NCBI GenBank assembly: GCA_026994795.1
Contig: JALWQB010000020.1
Location: 6,113 to 70,112, forward strand
Length of the DNA stretch: 64,000 nt
Source of the DNA: Deltaproteobacteria bacterium
GTDB taxonomy: Bacteria; Desulfobacterota; Dissulfuribacteria; Dissulfuribacterales; Dissulfuribacteraceae
Direction: 5' to 3'
Shown: piece by piece, positions 52,510 to 62,783 of the stretch
How the letters are laid out: each line of letters starts with the position of its first letter
Position numbering within the stretch: the first letter of the stretch is position 1
Notes under the pieces: generated by a model
Databases searched by the model: none
What the model saw: only the letters and a program-made list of their open reading frames with translations
Told to the model about the DNA's origin: nothing
Program-made: the position numbers and the translations under genes

Positions 52510-52971
52510 ATGACAACAAAAGGGGTGCGGACTAAGGGCCGTGAGATAGCGCTTCAGGTATTATACCTCATGGAATGGGTAGGCTGGGACATTGATATTG
52601 ACCGTGCAATATCAGAGTGCCTTTATTTTAGGGGCAAGGGCAATAAAAAATATAAAAAAGACCACCCATCTATAGTATTTTGCAAGGGGCTTATTGAGGG
52701 TGTTGTATCAAATCTTCAGCAGATTGACTCAATTATTAAAAAGTCGTCCAAAAACTGGAGGCTTGAGAGGATGGCGATTGTGGATAGGAATATTCTTCGC
52801 ATAGGCTGTTATGAATTGTTATTTTCTGATGATGTCCCTTATAAGGTAGCTATAAATGAGGCAGTGGAGCTGTCAAAGCATTTTGGGACGGAAGATTCTC
52901 GGTCATTTGTAAATGGCGTATTAGACGCTATGCAAGAAACGCCAGATACCAACAAAATAAAACAGCGCTAA
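52510..52971 (+). CDS. nusB: transcription antitermination factor NusB
   Basis: REIALQVLY...VDRNILRIGCYELLF...AINEAVELSK.FG...FVNGVLD. Confidence 0.9.
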   Translation: MTTKGVRTKGREIALQVLYLMEWVGWDIDIDRAISECLYFRGKGNKKYKKDHPSIVFCKGLIEGVVSNLQQIDSIIKKSSKNWRLERMAIVDRNILRIGCYELLFSDDVPYKVAINEAVELSKHFGTEDSRSFVNGVLDAMQETPDTNKIKQR

Positions 52972-54294
52972 GATGATCAACAGGCAGAGACATCCCCAGT
53001 ATCTTGCCCATGTTACGATACCGCAAAATTCATTTAAGGCAAATTCTCTTAAGACATAGGCGGCAGCCAATAGGCTGAATAAAAATATAATAAGGGCGCA
53101 TAGAGGGATGAGCCATTCAGGCAGGATTAGGGTCATCTCTATAGACAGGCCGAATTGACGGCCAAATGTTGGGAGGAGGTCAGGCAGGCGCTTTAATGCA
53201 TATTCAATGCGGTATATTAGCTCTCCTCCTATGGCGATCGGAAGAAATACTGGTATCATTGGAGAGAATTTTCCAAAAAGTTCGTCTTCAGTAACCCCGA
53301 ACAGGTGTGCGCCAAGCCTTGACAAAAGGTATGCAAACGAGAAAAAGCACAAGAGGAGCAGGGAAAAGGCAGTCATATTGGATAACATATTGCCCATATC
53401 TGTTACAGGGGTCTTAAAGAAGATGGGTTTAAAGAAAAAGCGTGCGAGCTGAGAGCCTATGAGGAGCGGGATTATATAGGAGCATGTGATAAAGCGCCCC
53501 TTATTTATAATCAGCTCCTTAAAAGGGTTACGCAAAAGCAGTTGCGGCGAATCCCTGTCGCATGCCTTGAGACAGTGGCCGCATATAAGGCAATACAGAT
53601 TATTTCTCACATTAAACGCACCGAGATAGACAGGACAGCCATGATAGCTCCCAACGCCCCGTTTACAGGCAAAGTGTTTACAACCCCTGCATTTATTATG
53701 GTCAGGGCGAAATTCAAGAAATGAAAGGGTTGACGCAACCCCTGTTATCCTGCCCATAGGGCAGAGGTATCTGCACCACGCCTGTTTTGGAAATAGCACA
53801 GCGCATATTGTAGCGCCTAATAAGATTGACAATATGAGAAATGCCGTTGCCCTTGGAAGATATTTCATGCCCAGCGATTCTTCTATCCATATAATGAGGG
53901 CAAGCAAGACAACAGACCAGTAAACTCCATTTTTTTTAAGGGCGTCAGGCAGCTTGAGGTCAAGGCAAAGCCCAAACCTCTGGACTATCCTGCCAATGCC
54001 CGGAAAAGGACAGAACCCGCACCACATCCTGCCCAAAAAGAACCAGCTCAATACAACGCTTGGCCACCATATACCCCATGACAGATATAGCATGGCGTTT
54101 TTATCAGGCTCTTGCGGGCCGAAAAGCCCCATAAGGATGATAAGGCTAAAGATTATATCGCCAATAGTCCTTATAAAGGCATGAAGCCTTCTTTCCTTAA
54201 AGAACTTTTTTATGCTCGGACATACCTTAAAGAGGTCAATGCCCGTGCCAGTTTCTATGTTAAAATGTTCATAAAGCCAGTTTCTGACGGCCAT
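52921..54294 (-). CDS. membrane-bound 4Fe-4S (polyferredoxin / NapH-like) protein
   Basis: Multiple TM segments, WCGFCP and WCRYLCPMG motifs, and ferredoxin-type CRGCKHF.C and CLICGHCLKAC. Confidence 0.75.
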   Translation of the reverse strand: MAVRNWLYEHFNIETGTGIDLFKVCPSIKKFFKERRLHAFIRTIGDIIFSLIILMGLFGPQEPDKNAMLYLSWGIWWPSVVLSWFFLGRMWCGFCPFPGIGRIVQRFGLCLDLKLPDALKKNGVYWSVVLLALIIWIEESLGMKYLPRATAFLILSILLGATICAVLFPKQAWCRYLCPMGRITGVASTLSFLEFRPDHNKCRGCKHFACKRGVGSYHGCPVYLGAFNVRNNLYCLICGHCLKACDRDSPQLLLRNPFKELIINKGRFITCSYIIPLLIGSQLARFFFKPIFFKTPVTDMGNMLSNMTAFSLLLLCFFSFAYLLSRLGAHLFGVTEDELFGKFSPMIPVFLPIAIGGELIYRIEYALKRLPDLLPTFGRQFGLSIEMTLILPEWLIPLCALIIFLFSLLAAAYVLREFALNEFCGIVTWARYWGCLCLLIILALFYFVGIWRFLHSV

Positions 54295-54382
54295 ATATCC
54301 CTATCTCATAACGGAGCGATTCCTAAAAAGCATATCATTTTTATGGCGAATCAATATTTCCATAGTCTTTATATTACCTATC

Positions 54383-54409
54383 TGCCCCCTTTTGCCATGC
54401 AGGATTTAG
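54383..54409. repeat. short copy of the dispersed repeat
   Basis: tgcccccttttgccatgcaggatttag. Confidence 0.7.
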
Positions 54410-54412
54410 CGA

Positions 54413-56500
54413 TTACCTTAACGCAACAGGGTCGCAGTCAATCTGGAGGCGCACCCCCATTGGAGGCATCTGGTCAATCTTATTTAATAACATCGCAAGG
54501 AGCGTCCTCATTGGCCTCCTTTCTAATGATTTTAACAACATATTCCATATATAGACCTTATTTACCCTTGGCCTTACCGCGGGCGCAGGCCCCAATATGT
54601 ATATCATATTATCTGTGTATCGTCTTTTTATTTGAGATGCAAGTACTTGAGCCTCTTTTTTCAATGGAAAAATATAATTTTTAAGTTTCTCATTGTCTTT
54701 TCCTGAAAATATGAGGTTTATAAGGTATCCGTATGGGGGGTAGTTGAGCCTTTGTCTCCTCTTTAACTCTTCTTGATAAAATTCTTCCATATCGTGCCTT
54801 GAGGCAGCCTTTATTGCATATTGATTGGGAGAAAAGGTCTGGATTATGACCCGCCCTTGGCTTTCCCTCCTGCCGGCCCTGCCGCTTACCTGCGTAAGGA
54901 GCTGAAATGTCTTTTCCGCTGCGTTAAATGAGGGGAGATAAAGGGACTGGTCTGCCCATATTACGCCAACAAGCATCAAGCTCGGGAAATCATAGCCCTT
55001 TGTTATCATCTGAGTGCCGACAATAATGTCAATCTTTCCCTTGCTGATCGCCCGTATGGCCGGAAACAGCCTTGACTTTGCGCCCATTGTATCCCTGTCA
55101 AAGCGCAACAGGCTGAGGGTGGGGAATAGGCCTGCCAATTCCTCTATGACCTTTTCTGTGCCAATGCCCCTTGTGCCAACAGACAGGCCATTACAGTCAG
55201 GGCAGACAAGAAAGGCAGGGACGATGTAGCCACATAGATGACATATAAGCGCCCCCTCTTCTCCCTTTATAGTTATGTTCTTATGAAATGTAAGGGCAAC
55301 CTCGCAGTTTGGGCATAAGAAGGTATGGCCGCAGTCCTTACAAAAGACAAACGGGGCAAATCCGCGTCTGTTTATGAACAAAAGCGCCTGTCCGCCTTGA
55401 GAGACCGTATCATTTATTGCCTCAAATAGCCTGTTGGAGAGCCACCAGGGCCTTTCCCTGTGCCTTTGCGACTTATCTGCCATGTCAACAACCTCTATGT
55501 CTGGGAGGGGGGCATTGTGCGCCCGACTTTTTAGCTCAAGCAGCATATACTCCCCTGCCTTTGCACGCCTGAACGATCCTATTGAAGGGGTGGCAGAGCC
55601 AAGAACTACGGTGGCATTGTGGAGCTTTCCAAGCAGGAGGGCAAGGTCTCTGGCATTGTATAAGAGCCTTGAATCCTGCTTATAAGAGGTATCATGCTCT
55701 TCATCTACGATAATAAGGCCAATATCCTCAAAAGGGGCAAAAATAGCTGAACGTGCGCCTACAATTACATTAAGAGAGCCCTTTATAACCCTGTTCCACA
55801 ACTCAACCTTCTGGCCTGCCGTAACCCTGCTGTGCCAGAGGGCGGCACGGTCTTTAAATATCTCGTAAAAATAGGATATTATATGCGTGGCAAGGGCAAT
55901 CTCAGGGACAAGCACAAGGACACCCCTTTTAAGCCTGTGCGCCTCCTGAGATGCCCTTAAATAAACTTCCGTCTTGCCGCTGCCTGTAACGCCATATAAC
56001 AAGACAGGGGAAAATTTACGTGAATGAATGGCCTTTATTATCTTGTTTAGCGCATGCAATTGTCCTTTATTTATACTCTCAGGCCGTTTTGGGACATGAT
56101 AAATAGAGGGGGCAACGCCCTTGCAGCCAGGGGGATTCCCGCCTGTTATCGCCTCAATAGCGCCCTTTTTTGATGAAATCAGCGCGGAGGGAAGCGCCTC
56201 GTCAATAACCTGTCCAATGGGATAAAAGTAATACTGCGCCACCCTTTCTATAAAGGACATATACCGTCCATGTAAAAGGGGCTCATGGTCAATGACCTCA
56301 TGTATCTCTTTTATCTCATAGTCAACATCCCCCAAGGCATCTTCCAGCTTATTATCCCATACAATCCCTATCATCCTGCGCCTTTTCCCAACAGGCGCTA
56401 CCGCACGCCCCCCTTTTGATGGAAGGGGCATAGACGGCGGAACTGAATAAGTCCACAATAAACGGCTCGGTATGGGCAAGGCCACTGAAATGAGTCTCAT
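54413..56500 (-). CDS. priA: primosomal protein N' (replication restart helicase)
   Basis: Starts MRLISVALPIP. Walker A GVTGSGKTEVY, DEEHD, and zinc-binding CKDCGHTFLCPNC...CHLCG...CPDC. The longer ORF start would run through a repeat copy. Confidence 0.9.
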   Translation of the reverse strand: MRLISVALPIPSRLLWTYSVPPSMPLPSKGGRAVAPVGKRRRMIGIVWDNKLEDALGDVDYEIKEIHEVIDHEPLLHGRYMSFIERVAQYYFYPIGQVIDEALPSALISSKKGAIEAITGGNPPGCKGVAPSIYHVPKRPESINKGQLHALNKIIKAIHSRKFSPVLLYGVTGSGKTEVYLRASQEAHRLKRGVLVLVPEIALATHIISYFYEIFKDRAALWHSRVTAGQKVELWNRVIKGSLNVIVGARSAIFAPFEDIGLIIVDEEHDTSYKQDSRLLYNARDLALLLGKLHNATVVLGSATPSIGSFRRAKAGEYMLLELKSRAHNAPLPDIEVVDMADKSQRHRERPWWLSNRLFEAINDTVSQGGQALLFINRRGFAPFVFCKDCGHTFLCPNCEVALTFHKNITIKGEEGALICHLCGYIVPAFLVCPDCNGLSVGTRGIGTEKVIEELAGLFPTLSLLRFDRDTMGAKSRLFPAIRAISKGKIDIIVGTQMITKGYDFPSLMLVGVIWADQSLYLPSFNAAEKTFQLLTQVSGRAGRRESQGRVIIQTFSPNQYAIKAASRHDMEEFYQEELKRRQRLNYPPYGYLINLIFSGKDNEKLKNYIFPLKKEAQVLASQIKRRYTDNMIYILGPAPAVRPRVNKVYIWNMLLKSLERRPMRTLLAMLLNKIDQMPPMGVRLQIDCDPVALR

Positions 56501-56542
56501 AAGATAGTGCGTAAATTGCGCATAGTTACAATATATTAGTAC

Positions 56543-56653
56543 CCAAATCCTGCAATTGGCGCGCTTTTTCAAGATGCGAGGAGCGATGGCAGCCGTGCTT
56601 AGGCGCTTCAAGCCCCGATCGGCAAAGAAGATTGGGTAAATCCGCCAATTGCG
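56543..56653. repeat. long copy B of the dispersed intergenic repeat
   Basis: caaatcctgcaattggcgcg...caagat...gccgtgcttaggcgcttcaagccccgat matches copy A (3620-3727). It ends with a second AAATCCGCCAATTGCG. Confidence 0.7.
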
Positions 56654-56668
56654 ATATGTTTTCAATCA

Positions 56669-59080
56669 TTACCTTATACACGCTGACCTTACCTGTTTAA
56701 GGTCAGTTATTCCCTGAATAGCCTTTATTACGCCATCTTGTTTTAGAGTAAGCATACCTTCAGCCATTGCTGTCGCCTGTATCTCATGCACGGGTCTCTT
56801 TTCCTGTATAAGTTTTTTCATGTCTTCAGACGTTATTAGCAGCTCATGTATCGCTACTCTACCCTTATAGCCCGTATTGTTGCATGCGCCGCATCCCTTT
56901 GCCTCGTATAGGGTTCTGTCTTTTTCTATCTCAAGCGGACGGCTTGGATGATGGCCGTATTCAAGCTCTAATTCTCTTATAAGCTTATCAGAGACCTCTA
57001 CAGGCTCTTTACAGTTTGGGCAGAGCCTTTTTACCAGTCTCTGCGCCAGCACGCACAAAAGGGCGTCTGCAAAATTAAATGGGTCCATCCCCATTCCCAA
57101 TAGACGCGTTACAGTCTCAGGGGCGGAGTTGGTATGAAGCGTTGAAAACACAAGGTGCCCTGTAAGCGACGCCTCTATAACAGTTGTTGCAGTCTCTTCA
57201 TCCCTTGTCTCGCCAACCATTATGATATCAGGGTCAGCGCGGAGAAACGCCCTTAATACCCTTGAGAAGGTCAATCCAATAGAATGGTGCACTTGTACCT
57301 GTCTCAGGCCATCCTGAACTATTTCCACAGGGTCCTCTGCTGTCCATATCTTCTTTTCAGGCCTGTTAATATAGCCAAGGGCGGCATGGAGCGTTGTGGT
57401 CTTTCCTGAGCCTGTTGGCCCGACCACAAGGATAAGGCCATAAGGCATCTCTATCATCTTTTTAAGCCGCTCTAAATTTTCTGGGCTGAGGCCTATCTTA
57501 GACAGCGGCATGGCCTCTGAGGATGATAGTATCCTCAGCACAATATCCTCATTGCCTTCAGTTGTGGGAAGGGTAGCAACTCTTAGCTCTATATGCCCCC
57601 CTGAGCGCATACGAAACTTTATCTTGCCATCCTGCGGCAGCCTCCTCTCCGCAATATCAAGGTTAGACATTATCTTTATGCGGGATATTAGGGGGCGTTT
57701 ATAATGATAGGGAATGTTTTGATAATGCATAAGGTCGCCATCAATCCTGAGCCTTACCATTGCCCCCCTTTTACCGCTGAGACACTCTATATGGATATCA
57801 GAGGCATCCTTTCTGTAGGCATCCTCTATAATCTTATTTACCAGTTGAACTACAACGCTATCAGACTCTTCAATGGATAATTCATCATCCTCTTCATCTG
57901 CTGATGGGTCATCTTCTCCTATTATTTCAAGCTGGTCAAAGACATCTTCATCACCCGCTTCAATAGAATATTTGCCAAAGAAATAGTCAATAAACCTTTC
58001 AATATCCTCCTTTAAGGCAACGACAAACCTGAAATCCCGCGCTGTAATAGCGCTTTTTATCGTATCTATCTTTAAGAGGTCATGGGGATTATCAATAGCG
58101 ACGACAAGGCTTCCATTCTCTTCCCTTATTGGCACGCAGAGATTGTTTCTGAAAAACTGCTCCCTTATGCCCCTTATTGAGCGCGGGATTGAGCCAAGAT
58201 CAAGCTCATTAAATTCCACAAATTCAACGCCAAAGTATTCAGAAAAAGACCTTCCAAGGTCAGCCTTTCTCAGACCAAATTCTGAGAGCAGGATGTCTTC
58301 TATAGACTTTCTCTTCTGTCTTGCAAGCTCCATTGCACGATTCAGGTCATCTTCTGTTATAATGTCTTCTTTTATAAGGGAATAGAACCTTCCAAACTTA
58401 TTTGTCGTCTTTTTAAGCTCATTCAGGTGGGAAAGGGCATTTTTATACTCAGGTCTTATAGATACAATCTCCTGGAGGGCATTAATAGCGCGTTTTAAAG
58501 AGCCAGTCTTCTCAGCAGTCAGGCTCAAAAGATATAAGTAATGAAGCCTTTTATCTTCTGAAAGCCCAGAGGAGGCTACCGCGTTTTCAAGGCGCTCTAT
58601 TGCCTCAAATGGCATATCAAGACGTAAATATGCCTCTGCAATGCTGCCATAGATTGCGCCTTCATCCCTGCCTTCTCCTAAGAGCGCGGTTAATTCCTGT
58701 ATCGCCTCCTCAAAAAATCCTGCTTCAATCAGCCCAACGGCATTATGATAACGGGCATCAAAGTCAGACCCAACTCCCTCATTTAATGGCCCGTATGCCC
58801 TGTTATCATTTGCAGAAAGGGCTTCAATCCTCTTTCGTAAGTCCCCTATAATGGACGCATGCCTTCTTTTGCCTCCCCCATCACTGTCATTAACGCTTTC
58901 ATCAGCGCTATCATGCCCTTTTGCCTCAATGCCCTCTATAATCTCTTTGTAAATAGCCTTTGCCTCATTAATAAGCCCCTGGGCCTCATATAACTCTGCC
59001 TCTTTTATGCGTTCATATATTACGGCCTCATCAGGGCCGTTAATGCTGTTAATTCTCTTAATGCTATTAACGCTATCCAT
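56669..59080 (-). CDS. GspE/PilB-family secretion ATPase with N-terminal TPR-like region and MshEN (T2SSE_N) domain
   Basis: Walker A GPTGSGKTTT, Asp/His boxes, the tetracysteine CPNC...CGAC, a T2SSE_N-like segment (LNRAMELARQKRKSIEDILLSEFGL...) and a ~230-aa helical-repeat N-terminus. Confidence 0.85.
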   Translation of the reverse strand: MDSVNSIKRINSINGPDEAVIYERIKEAELYEAQGLINEAKAIYKEIIEGIEAKGHDSADESVNDSDGGGKRRHASIIGDLRKRIEALSANDNRAYGPLNEGVGSDFDARYHNAVGLIEAGFFEEAIQELTALLGEGRDEGAIYGSIAEAYLRLDMPFEAIERLENAVASSGLSEDKRLHYLYLLSLTAEKTGSLKRAINALQEIVSIRPEYKNALSHLNELKKTTNKFGRFYSLIKEDIITEDDLNRAMELARQKRKSIEDILLSEFGLRKADLGRSFSEYFGVEFVEFNELDLGSIPRSIRGIREQFFRNNLCVPIREENGSLVVAIDNPHDLLKIDTIKSAITARDFRFVVALKEDIERFIDYFFGKYSIEAGDEDVFDQLEIIGEDDPSADEEDDELSIEESDSVVVQLVNKIIEDAYRKDASDIHIECLSGKRGAMVRLRIDGDLMHYQNIPYHYKRPLISRIKIMSNLDIAERRLPQDGKIKFRMRSGGHIELRVATLPTTEGNEDIVLRILSSSEAMPLSKIGLSPENLERLKKMIEMPYGLILVVGPTGSGKTTTLHAALGYINRPEKKIWTAEDPVEIVQDGLRQVQVHHSIGLTFSRVLRAFLRADPDIIMVGETRDEETATTVIEASLTGHLVFSTLHTNSAPETVTRLLGMGMDPFNFADALLCVLAQRLVKRLCPNCKEPVEVSDKLIRELELEYGHHPSRPLEIEKDRTLYEAKGCGACNNTGYKGRVAIHELLITSEDMKKLIQEKRPVHEIQATAMAEGMLTLKQDGVIKAIQGITDLKQVRSACIR

Positions 59081-59114
59081 AACAATCGCCCATAATATAC
59101 CTCATTTATTTGCC

Positions 59115-60083
59115 TTACACATGACTTAAAATCTCTATTACCCTTTTCATGTCATCAGGAATAGAGGAGCTAAAGCTCAGTCGCTTGCCTGTCTTTGGGT
59201 GGGTAAACGCAATAAAGGAGGCATGAAGCATCTGTCTTTTAAATTCAACCCGTTTCCTGTTGACCCAAAAAAATTTTGGACCGCCATAGAGGCCATCGCC
59301 AAGGACGGGGTGGCCAATAGATGCAAGATGCACCCTTATCTGATGAGTGCGTCCAGTATATATCCTTACATCAAGGCATGATGCGCCCTTTAATACCCTG
59401 TTTACCTTCCATTCTGTCTTTGCAGGCCGTTGAGACCTGGAGACAATGCTCATCTTTTTTCTGTGCACAGGGTGCCTTCCAATTGGAAAGCCTATAACCC
59501 TATCTTTGCCTTCAGGGTTTCCCCTTACAATTGCAGTATAGCGCTTTTCTACCTCGCCATTTTTAAACTGCATTGACATTGCTGTATGGGAATGGCTATT
59601 TTTAGCGATAATAAGAAGACCTGATGTGTCTTTATCCAAACGATGCACTATACCAGGCCTTATTGGGTCAATATTACAGTCAATGTCCCTAAAATAATAA
59701 AGGATACCGTGCGCTATCGTAACCTCTTCATTGCCAGCGCCAGGGTGTACCGCTATGTTAGGAGGCTTTTCAATCACGGCAATATAATCATCATCATAAA
59801 TAATGCCGAAATCTACCTTTTGAGGCGCTAACTTAGGGGGCGGGCAAATGGATAGCAAGGCTTTTGAGACATTAACAATAGAGATGACATCGCCCTGCCT
59901 TACCCGCCTTTTGGGGCTCAGTTCCATAGAGCCATTAACCTCAATATGACCTGCCTCTATAAGGCGCTTTGCCCTTGAGCGGCTCAGGCCCTTATCAAAG
60001 CCTATTTTTTGAGTCGTCCTTGCTATAAAGACATCAAGCCGTGTGTTGTCAAATGATGCCTCAACCCTTAAAAATTGCTTCAA
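59115..60083 (-). CDS. rluD: RluA-family 23S rRNA pseudouridine synthase
   Basis: S4 domain, then HRLDKDTSGLLIIAK and GRTHQIRVHL. Confidence 0.9.
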   Translation of the reverse strand: MKQFLRVEASFDNTRLDVFIARTTQKIGFDKGLSRSRAKRLIEAGHIEVNGSMELSPKRRVRQGDVISIVNVSKALLSICPPPKLAPQKVDFGIIYDDDYIAVIEKPPNIAVHPGAGNEEVTIAHGILYYFRDIDCNIDPIRPGIVHRLDKDTSGLLIIAKNSHSHTAMSMQFKNGEVEKRYTAIVRGNPEGKDRVIGFPIGRHPVHRKKMSIVSRSQRPAKTEWKVNRVLKGASCLDVRIYTGRTHQIRVHLASIGHPVLGDGLYGGPKFFWVNRKRVEFKRQMLHASFIAFTHPKTGKRLSFSSSIPDDMKRVIEILSHV

Positions 60084-60543
60084 TCTCCTCTTTTACTACA
60101 GTTTCCTCTATCCCTTTTACAAGGGAAATCTCTTTTATTAAAAGCGCCTTGGCGCTATCAAGCATCTTTTTTTCGCCAAATGAAAGGGGTTTATCATTCT
60201 GAAGAAGATACAGGTCGCGAAGCACTACGGCAAGGTCTTTTACCGCCCCTGTCTTTATCTTGTCCATATACTCCCTGTAACGGCGGTTCCATGCCTGCGC
60301 CGTAAACTTAACATCTTTTTTGCGCATTATGGACAAGACCTCATCCACCTCCTCTTCTGTCATAAGCTCCCTTAAGCCTACATTCTCCGCGTTATGCTGA
60401 GGAACCATTATCTTCATATCATTTTCAAGTATTCTCATAACATAAAACGTATGCTTGGCGCCTCCTATATCCTTCTCCTCTATGGCCTCAATCACGCCAA
60501 CACCATGCGCTGGATATACAGCAATATCTCCTATATTAAACAT
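60061..60543 (-). CDS. carD: CarD/CdnL-family RNA polymerase-binding regulator
   Basis: MFNIGDIAVYPAHGVGVIEAIEEK...MKIMVP, 160 aa. Confidence 0.9.
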   Translation of the reverse strand: MFNIGDIAVYPAHGVGVIEAIEEKDIGGAKHTFYVMRILENDMKIMVPQHNAENVGLRELMTEEEVDEVLSIMRKKDVKFTAQAWNRRYREYMDKIKTGAVKDLAVVLRDLYLLQNDKPLSFGEKKMLDSAKALLIKEISLVKGIEETVVKEEIEAIFKG

Positions 60544-60852
60544 AAAAAAAATCCCCTTTTTAAGTATTAGACATCAATGCCCGCCATCTCGGCATCTCAT
60601 CCTGAGGCGCTAAACGCATCTGAAAAGGCATCTCCGAAACTTTTATCTTCCCTTGGCTCTTGAACATGAACTAACTATATCACATCCAATCAAAAAAGAC
60701 AGTCAAAAAATAACATCTTTATATTCTAATACCTTTGACGACTTTGACGGGGTCTGGAGTCTTGACTTTTCCAAAATTGATAGATATTATAAACAGTTTT
60801 CCCTTGATTTTAAGAGTTAAAAATACAGATATGATAGAAAGTCACAAGGTCT

Positions 60853-61536
60853 ATGATACATATTGAGGCGTTAAAGGAACAGCTTTTTATTTTAATGGCC
60901 ATTGGCGCCAATCGCATTGGAAGAGACTCTATAAAAGACATATTAGATGACTGGGATTTATTAAGGAAAAGGGTTTTATCGTGCAAAAAATGTCCTCTTT
61001 TTCATAGCCGTAATAGAGTGGTATTTGGAGAGGGGCGAGAGGATGCCCCTGTTATGATAATTGGCGAGGCGCCAGGGAAAGAAGAGGATATTAAAGGGCG
61101 TCCTTTTATCGGCCCAAGCGGGGACCTCCTTGAACGGATGATGGCAGCAATTAAGTTAGACAGGAAAGACGCCTTTATTACAAGCGCGGTAAAGTGCAGG
61201 CCGCCTCGCAATAGAACGCCCCTTTCCGGCGAGATAAGGGCGTGCAGCAGCTATTTATTTGAGCAGATAAGGATAATATCTCCCAAGGCAATCTTGTGTT
61301 TAGGAGAAGTGGCATCTCGTATCGTAACAGGAAAAAAGAGACGAACTTTAAAGGAGATAAGGGGTAAGGTCCATATAATACATATAAGCGATATGAAGGA
61401 TAATGAGGCCCGCTCCGTTAAAGCAGTAGCGACTTATCACCCCGCCTATATATTGCGTTTTCAGAACTCCTATCGTGAACGAACGATTAAAAAAGAGGCA
61501 TGGGAAGACCTGAGACTGTTTAAGGCAAGTTATTAA
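60853..61536 (+). CDS. uracil-DNA glycosylase, family 4
   Basis: CKKCPL...VFGEG, GEAPGKEEDIKGRPFIGPSG and the HPAYILR tail. Confidence 0.85.
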   Translation: MIHIEALKEQLFILMAIGANRIGRDSIKDILDDWDLLRKRVLSCKKCPLFHSRNRVVFGEGREDAPVMIIGEAPGKEEDIKGRPFIGPSGDLLERMMAAIKLDRKDAFITSAVKCRPPRNRTPLSGEIRACSSYLFEQIRIISPKAILCLGEVASRIVTGKKRRTLKEIRGKVHIIHISDMKDNEARSVKAVATYHPAYILRFQNSYRERTIKKEAWEDLRLFKASY

Positions 61537-61880
61537 TTGCAATAACAGTAAGTTAAGACGTGAAAGCCTGACAACTTATCCCCATGCCTAAGGTTTGGAT
61601 AACAGAATTCGGCGATGCAGACGGACAATATTAAGGATAAGGTATTTTTTAAAAATAGGCCAACTTTTAGTTGCAATAAGAGTCATTATAGATAATAATA
61701 ATCCTATATTTGGTATGATGTCTGTCTGTAAAAAAACTATATCTTGTGAAAAGACGCCTCTATTGCGCTTTTTGAGTTAATATTTTATAACCTGTTAATA
61801 AGATATAAATATAGGGCAGAGGATAAATAACAGGGCGTGGAGCAGAGTAATGACAATAAAGAGAAAGGAGTTTAGGTGAT

Positions 61881-62714
61881 ATGGCTTCTATTGACTTAGA
61901 TAAATTAAATAACCCTGACATACCGCCGCTTCCGTCAGTATGTTTAAGGCTTATGGATATGCTGGACAAAGAGGATGTCTCTCAAAAGGAGCTGTCATCT
62001 CTTATAAAGCAAGACCCTTCTTTGACCCTGAAGCTTTTAAGGGCGGCAAACAGCGCCTTTTACGCCTTGCAGACAGAGGTAACGAATGTAGGCCACGCTA
62101 TAGCGCTTTTGGGCATTAATGAGGTTATAAGGATAACCCTTACTGCCATATTTTCAGACCAGTTTTTTAATGTTCCTCAACGGGTTAAAGAGCTTGCAAA
62201 TAGGTTATGGTCTCATTCCGTGGCTGTGGCGTTTCTTTCCAGAGATTTTGACGTGGAGGAATTAGAAGACCCTGACCTATATACGCTTGGTCTATTACAC
62301 GATATAGGGTGGCTACTCATTATTTCAAATGCCCCTGACCTTTATGTTGAGATAGTTGATTCAAAAATAGCCTTTCTTGAGGATATAGAGGCAGGGTGGG
62401 GGGTAGATCACAATAAGCTTGGGGCAAGGCTTTCTGATATGTGGGAGCTTCCTGAGCCCTTTAAGTTATGCGCCCTATGGCACCATGACCCAATGGGCAT
62501 GAAAGAGCCCCCGCGCTACCTCTCCTTTATATGCGTGGCCAATCATCTTGCAAGAAAAATAGGATTTTCTCCATTTGATTACGATATCGCTGAAATTCAG
62601 CCTGACGTATTAAAGGCTATTAATCTGGATGAAGAGGCGTTTAAGGAGATGGAGGAGGCGGCATTTGAAGAAAAGGAAAATATAGAGACATTAATATCCC
62701 ATTTGACAATATAG
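61881..62714 (+). CDS. HDOD domain signalling protein
   Basis: LPPLPSVCLRLMDML...LIKQDPSLTLKLLRAANSAFY...GLLHDIG...HH. Confidence 0.8.
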   Translation: MASIDLDKLNNPDIPPLPSVCLRLMDMLDKEDVSQKELSSLIKQDPSLTLKLLRAANSAFYALQTEVTNVGHAIALLGINEVIRITLTAIFSDQFFNVPQRVKELANRLWSHSVAVAFLSRDFDVEELEDPDLYTLGLLHDIGWLLIISNAPDLYVEIVDSKIAFLEDIEAGWGVDHNKLGARLSDMWELPEPFKLCALWHHDPMGMKEPPRYLSFICVANHLARKIGFSPFDYDIAEIQPDVLKAINLDEEAFKEMEEAAFEEKENIETLISHLTI

Positions 62715-62783
62715 CTATAGTAGAGGAAGTCTTTTGGCTCTGCCCTTAAATAAGTCAATATTTGACGATGAGACAGTAGGAAA

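Noticed and set aside
54383-54398. Sigma-54-like TGGCAAAAGGGGGCA (minus strand) inside the dispersed repeat, also present in the 33801-31 copy
   Set aside because: The GG-to-GC spacing is again one nucleotide short. Its recurrence is explained by the repeat family rather than by promoter function.
60544-60852. 309-bp carD-udg divergent spacer with reiterated TTTGAC/CTTGAC and GCATCT motifs, as a possible sRNA or operator array
   Set aside because: The repeats are short (6 bp) and irregularly spaced. I could not derive a stable structure or a known RNA family signature.
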